From contig CBDCXL010000002.1 of the NCBI GenBank assembly GCA_965223795.1, forward strand, positions 1,664,001 through 1,728,000: DNA of 64,000 nt. Reading direction: 5' to 3'. Positions 61,951-64,000 of this stretch are shown piece after piece. The position numbers and the translations under genes are program-made. The notes beneath the pieces are model-generated. The model saw only the letters and a list, made by a program, of their open reading frames with translations, was not told where the DNA came from and searched no databases. Source of the stretch: Nitrospinales bacterium (lineage in GTDB: Bacteria; Nitrospinota; Nitrospinia; Nitrospinales; VA-1). Every line of letters begins with the position of its first letter. Position 1 is the stretch's first letter.

Positions 61951-63462
61951 TTATTCGGACGCTGTGGCACCGGTGCGTCTCGCCTTGTGTTTCCACAACT
62001 CCCAGGCGAGCAGCGCGTAAAACGGCAGGTACTCACACCACGGGATCCAGGCGGAAAGATGCTGGGTTTCCTGGTAATCGAAATAAAAATCCAGGTAATA
62101 CAAGCCCATCAGACCGGTCAGCAGGATCCAGGAGGGTTGGGGAAACAGGCAGATGAAGGGCAGCACCCACAGCAGGTACCAGGGGTTCTGCACGGGGCTC
62201 AGGAGAAACACTCCCGCCATGAGAACAAAGCATTTGAAAAGCAGGTTCCCGGCATCCGGGTGCGGCCGTTTGACCAAAAGATAGCCCAGCACAGCGAGCA
62301 GGATGCCAACCACCGTCACTTTGCTCAACAACACGCCCCAGTTGGTGGCGATGAACGAGGAGGCGGGAGCGTCGAATCCGAGCAGGTCTTTGTAGAAGTA
62401 AAGCAGCAACGCGAACAGGCTGTCATTGCTCTGCCAGAACGTGGAAAAGGTTTGCAATCCCTCAAAGGTGCCCCAGCCGCTGGCGGTGAACGGCAGGTAG
62501 AACACTATACTGACGCAGGCGAACCCAGCGGCGCCGCCCAGAACCCGCGGCCAGGGGGATTTTTGTTCGCGCACGGATTGCTGATAGATCTGCTGCAGAT
62601 AGACAGGCAGCAGGATCGCCGAATAGAGTTTGGAGAGAAAGCTCAAGGCCAGAAAAAACAGGGCGGGGTAGGGTTTTCGCACGAGGATGAAATAGATCGA
62701 CACGCACATCAGTGCGACGCCGATGATGTCCAGATGGGTGGAATTGTAGGTCTCCTTGATGAGCAGGGGCGACCAGAAATAGATCAGGCACAGGTTCGAC
62801 GAGCGGCCGCGGTTTTTCAGGATCAGCAGGAGAAAAACCAGTGCCAGCAGGTCCCAGGCGAAAAAAACGCCGCGCATGGCGAGGATGCTGTCCGGCTTTA
62901 TAAAATGCGCGAAGCGGAACACATATTGGGCGACCGGGGGATAGATGGTGGGAACGTGCGGGTGGTTGACCCGCTCCAGCGTGAGCAGCGAGGCTTGAGT
63001 TTGCCATTTGAGCTGGTTCAAACGGTCGAGTTCGTCTCTTTGTTTCTCATCGTAGGCGGCGATGAAGCCTTCGGGATCCTCGATCTTGAAATTCAGATAG
63101 ACGTCGACTTCTTCGGGGGCGTACTGGTAGGGATTGATGCCGTGCGCGAACACTTTTCCGTCCCACAGGTAGCGGTACACGTCGTCTTCCTGGATCTGAT
63201 TGGCGGGAAGGAACACAACGCGAAAGAGCAGCCCGAACGCAATGACGATCCAGAATGCGGCACGGTCTTCTTTTTGCCTGAGGACGAGGCGGCAGGCGAT
63301 CGCGTACAGGGCGAACAGGCCGAAATACAGAGCGAGGTAGGTGAGAATGGGGCGGTCGGCATAGCCCTCACCCCAGTTGAACTGACGCGACAGTCCCGTC
63401 ATGCCGCCATAGAGCAGACAGCTTAGGATTCCCAGTGAGGCCAGAGTGAGACGTGTCCGCAT
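61951..63462 (-). CDS. GT-C fold membrane glycosyltransferase (GT87/DUF2029-like)
   Basis: EDDVYRYLWDG...GINPY, PTIYPP, WSPL, H.D, W..ND, PVQNPWY; many TM segments. Confidence 0.8.
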   Translation of the reverse strand: MRTRLTLASLGILSCLLYGGMTGLSRQFNWGEGYADRPILTYLALYFGLFALYAIACRLVLRQKEDRAAFWIVIAFGLLFRVVFLPANQIQEDDVYRYLWDGKVFAHGINPYQYAPEEVDVYLNFKIEDPEGFIAAYDEKQRDELDRLNQLKWQTQASLLTLERVNHPHVPTIYPPVAQYVFRFAHFIKPDSILAMRGVFFAWDLLALVFLLLILKNRGRSSNLCLIYFWSPLLIKETYNSTHLDIIGVALMCVSIYFILVRKPYPALFFLALSFLSKLYSAILLPVYLQQIYQQSVREQKSPWPRVLGGAAGFACVSIVFYLPFTASGWGTFEGLQTFSTFWQSNDSLFALLLYFYKDLLGFDAPASSFIATNWGVLLSKVTVVGILLAVLGYLLVKRPHPDAGNLLFKCFVLMAGVFLLSPVQNPWYLLWVLPFICLFPQPSWILLTGLMGLYYLDFYFDYQETQHLSAWIPWCEYLPFYALLAWELWKHKARRTGATASE

Positions 63463-63577
63463 GCGGCGGCTGAAGATAGGATTGCGCCATCGAGGCGCGT
63501 TCGACCGGGTTTCAAGTAAGGCAGGGTATTATAGATCAAACCCGAATCCTGTGCCACAAAGGTTGCGGGAGCTGCGA

Positions 63578-64000
63578 TCAGGAGTTGTGCGCCAGTGAAT
63601 CGGGGGCATCCTCGGAATCCTCCTCGGATTCTTCGGTTTCCCGGGAGGCTTCGGCATCTTCGATCTTCTGGTTGGAGATCTCCGTCATGTGCTCGAACAC
63701 TTCGATCAGGTTGCGGTGAACTTCCGGATTGTCGTCCCTGATGGAGAGCGCGGACCAGTAGTTCTGGATCGCTTCCTGATAGAGCTTTTCCTGTTTGTAC
63801 AGGTTCCCAAGACGGACGAGGATATCTTCCCTTCCAGGCTGCAGAAGGTTCACCCGCTCTAAAACGTTGATCGCCTCGAACGTCTGGTTGGTGTTTGCGT
63901 ATTGCGTGGCCAGCTCTTCCATGTAGCGCGGCACGCCCGGTTCCAGTTCGACGGCCTGTTTCAACCCAGCGATGCAGGTTGAGGTTCTTCCCTGTTTGCA
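63578..64000 (-). CDS. TPR-like protein, C-terminal part (5' end outside the window)
   Basis: Frame is open to the window end; TPR-like segments (LGNLYKQEKLYQEAIQNY); acidic tail. Confidence 0.75.
   Translation of the reverse strand, partial: CKQGRTSTCIAGLKQAVELEPGVPRYMEELATQYANTNQTFEAINVLERVNLLQPGREDILVRLGNLYKQEKLYQEAIQNYWSALSIRDDNPEVHRNLIEVFEHMTEISNQKIEDAEASRETEESEEDSEDAPDSLAHNS

Overview
A GC-rich bacterial chromosome segment. The gene content resembles Nitrospina/Nitrospinota or deltaproteobacteria-like lineages, but this is an impression and not a computed assignment. Housekeeping blocks are folD-xseA...xseB-tlyA-dcd; gpmA; recN; rimO-pfkA; rpsB-tsf-pyrH-frr-uppS-cdsA-dxr-ispF; tRNA-Val(GAC)-thrS-infC-rpmI-rplT-pheS; and TPP riboswitch-thiS-thiG-thiE-thiC. 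Accessory loci are interleaved with them: (i) three tandem TMTC-like GT-C genes, (ii) an exported caspase + helical-repeat + double FGE/lectin protein between xseA and xseB, (iii) a lower-GC three-gene signalling module whose kinase has a heme-c domain inserted into a NarX/PilJ-like sensor, (iv) a type II fatty-acid/polyketide-like cluster fabF-ACP-2x phytoene-desaturase-like flavoproteins-fabG-fabZ-fabI with unknown product (the best candidate for an undescribed system), (v) two multiheme cytochromes next to a poly-HAMP chemoreceptor, and (vi) a stand-alone QW-repeat barrel gene paired with a cytidylyltransferase. tlyA is frameshifted at an A9 tract. I found no CRISPR array, transposase, integrase or reverse transcriptase.
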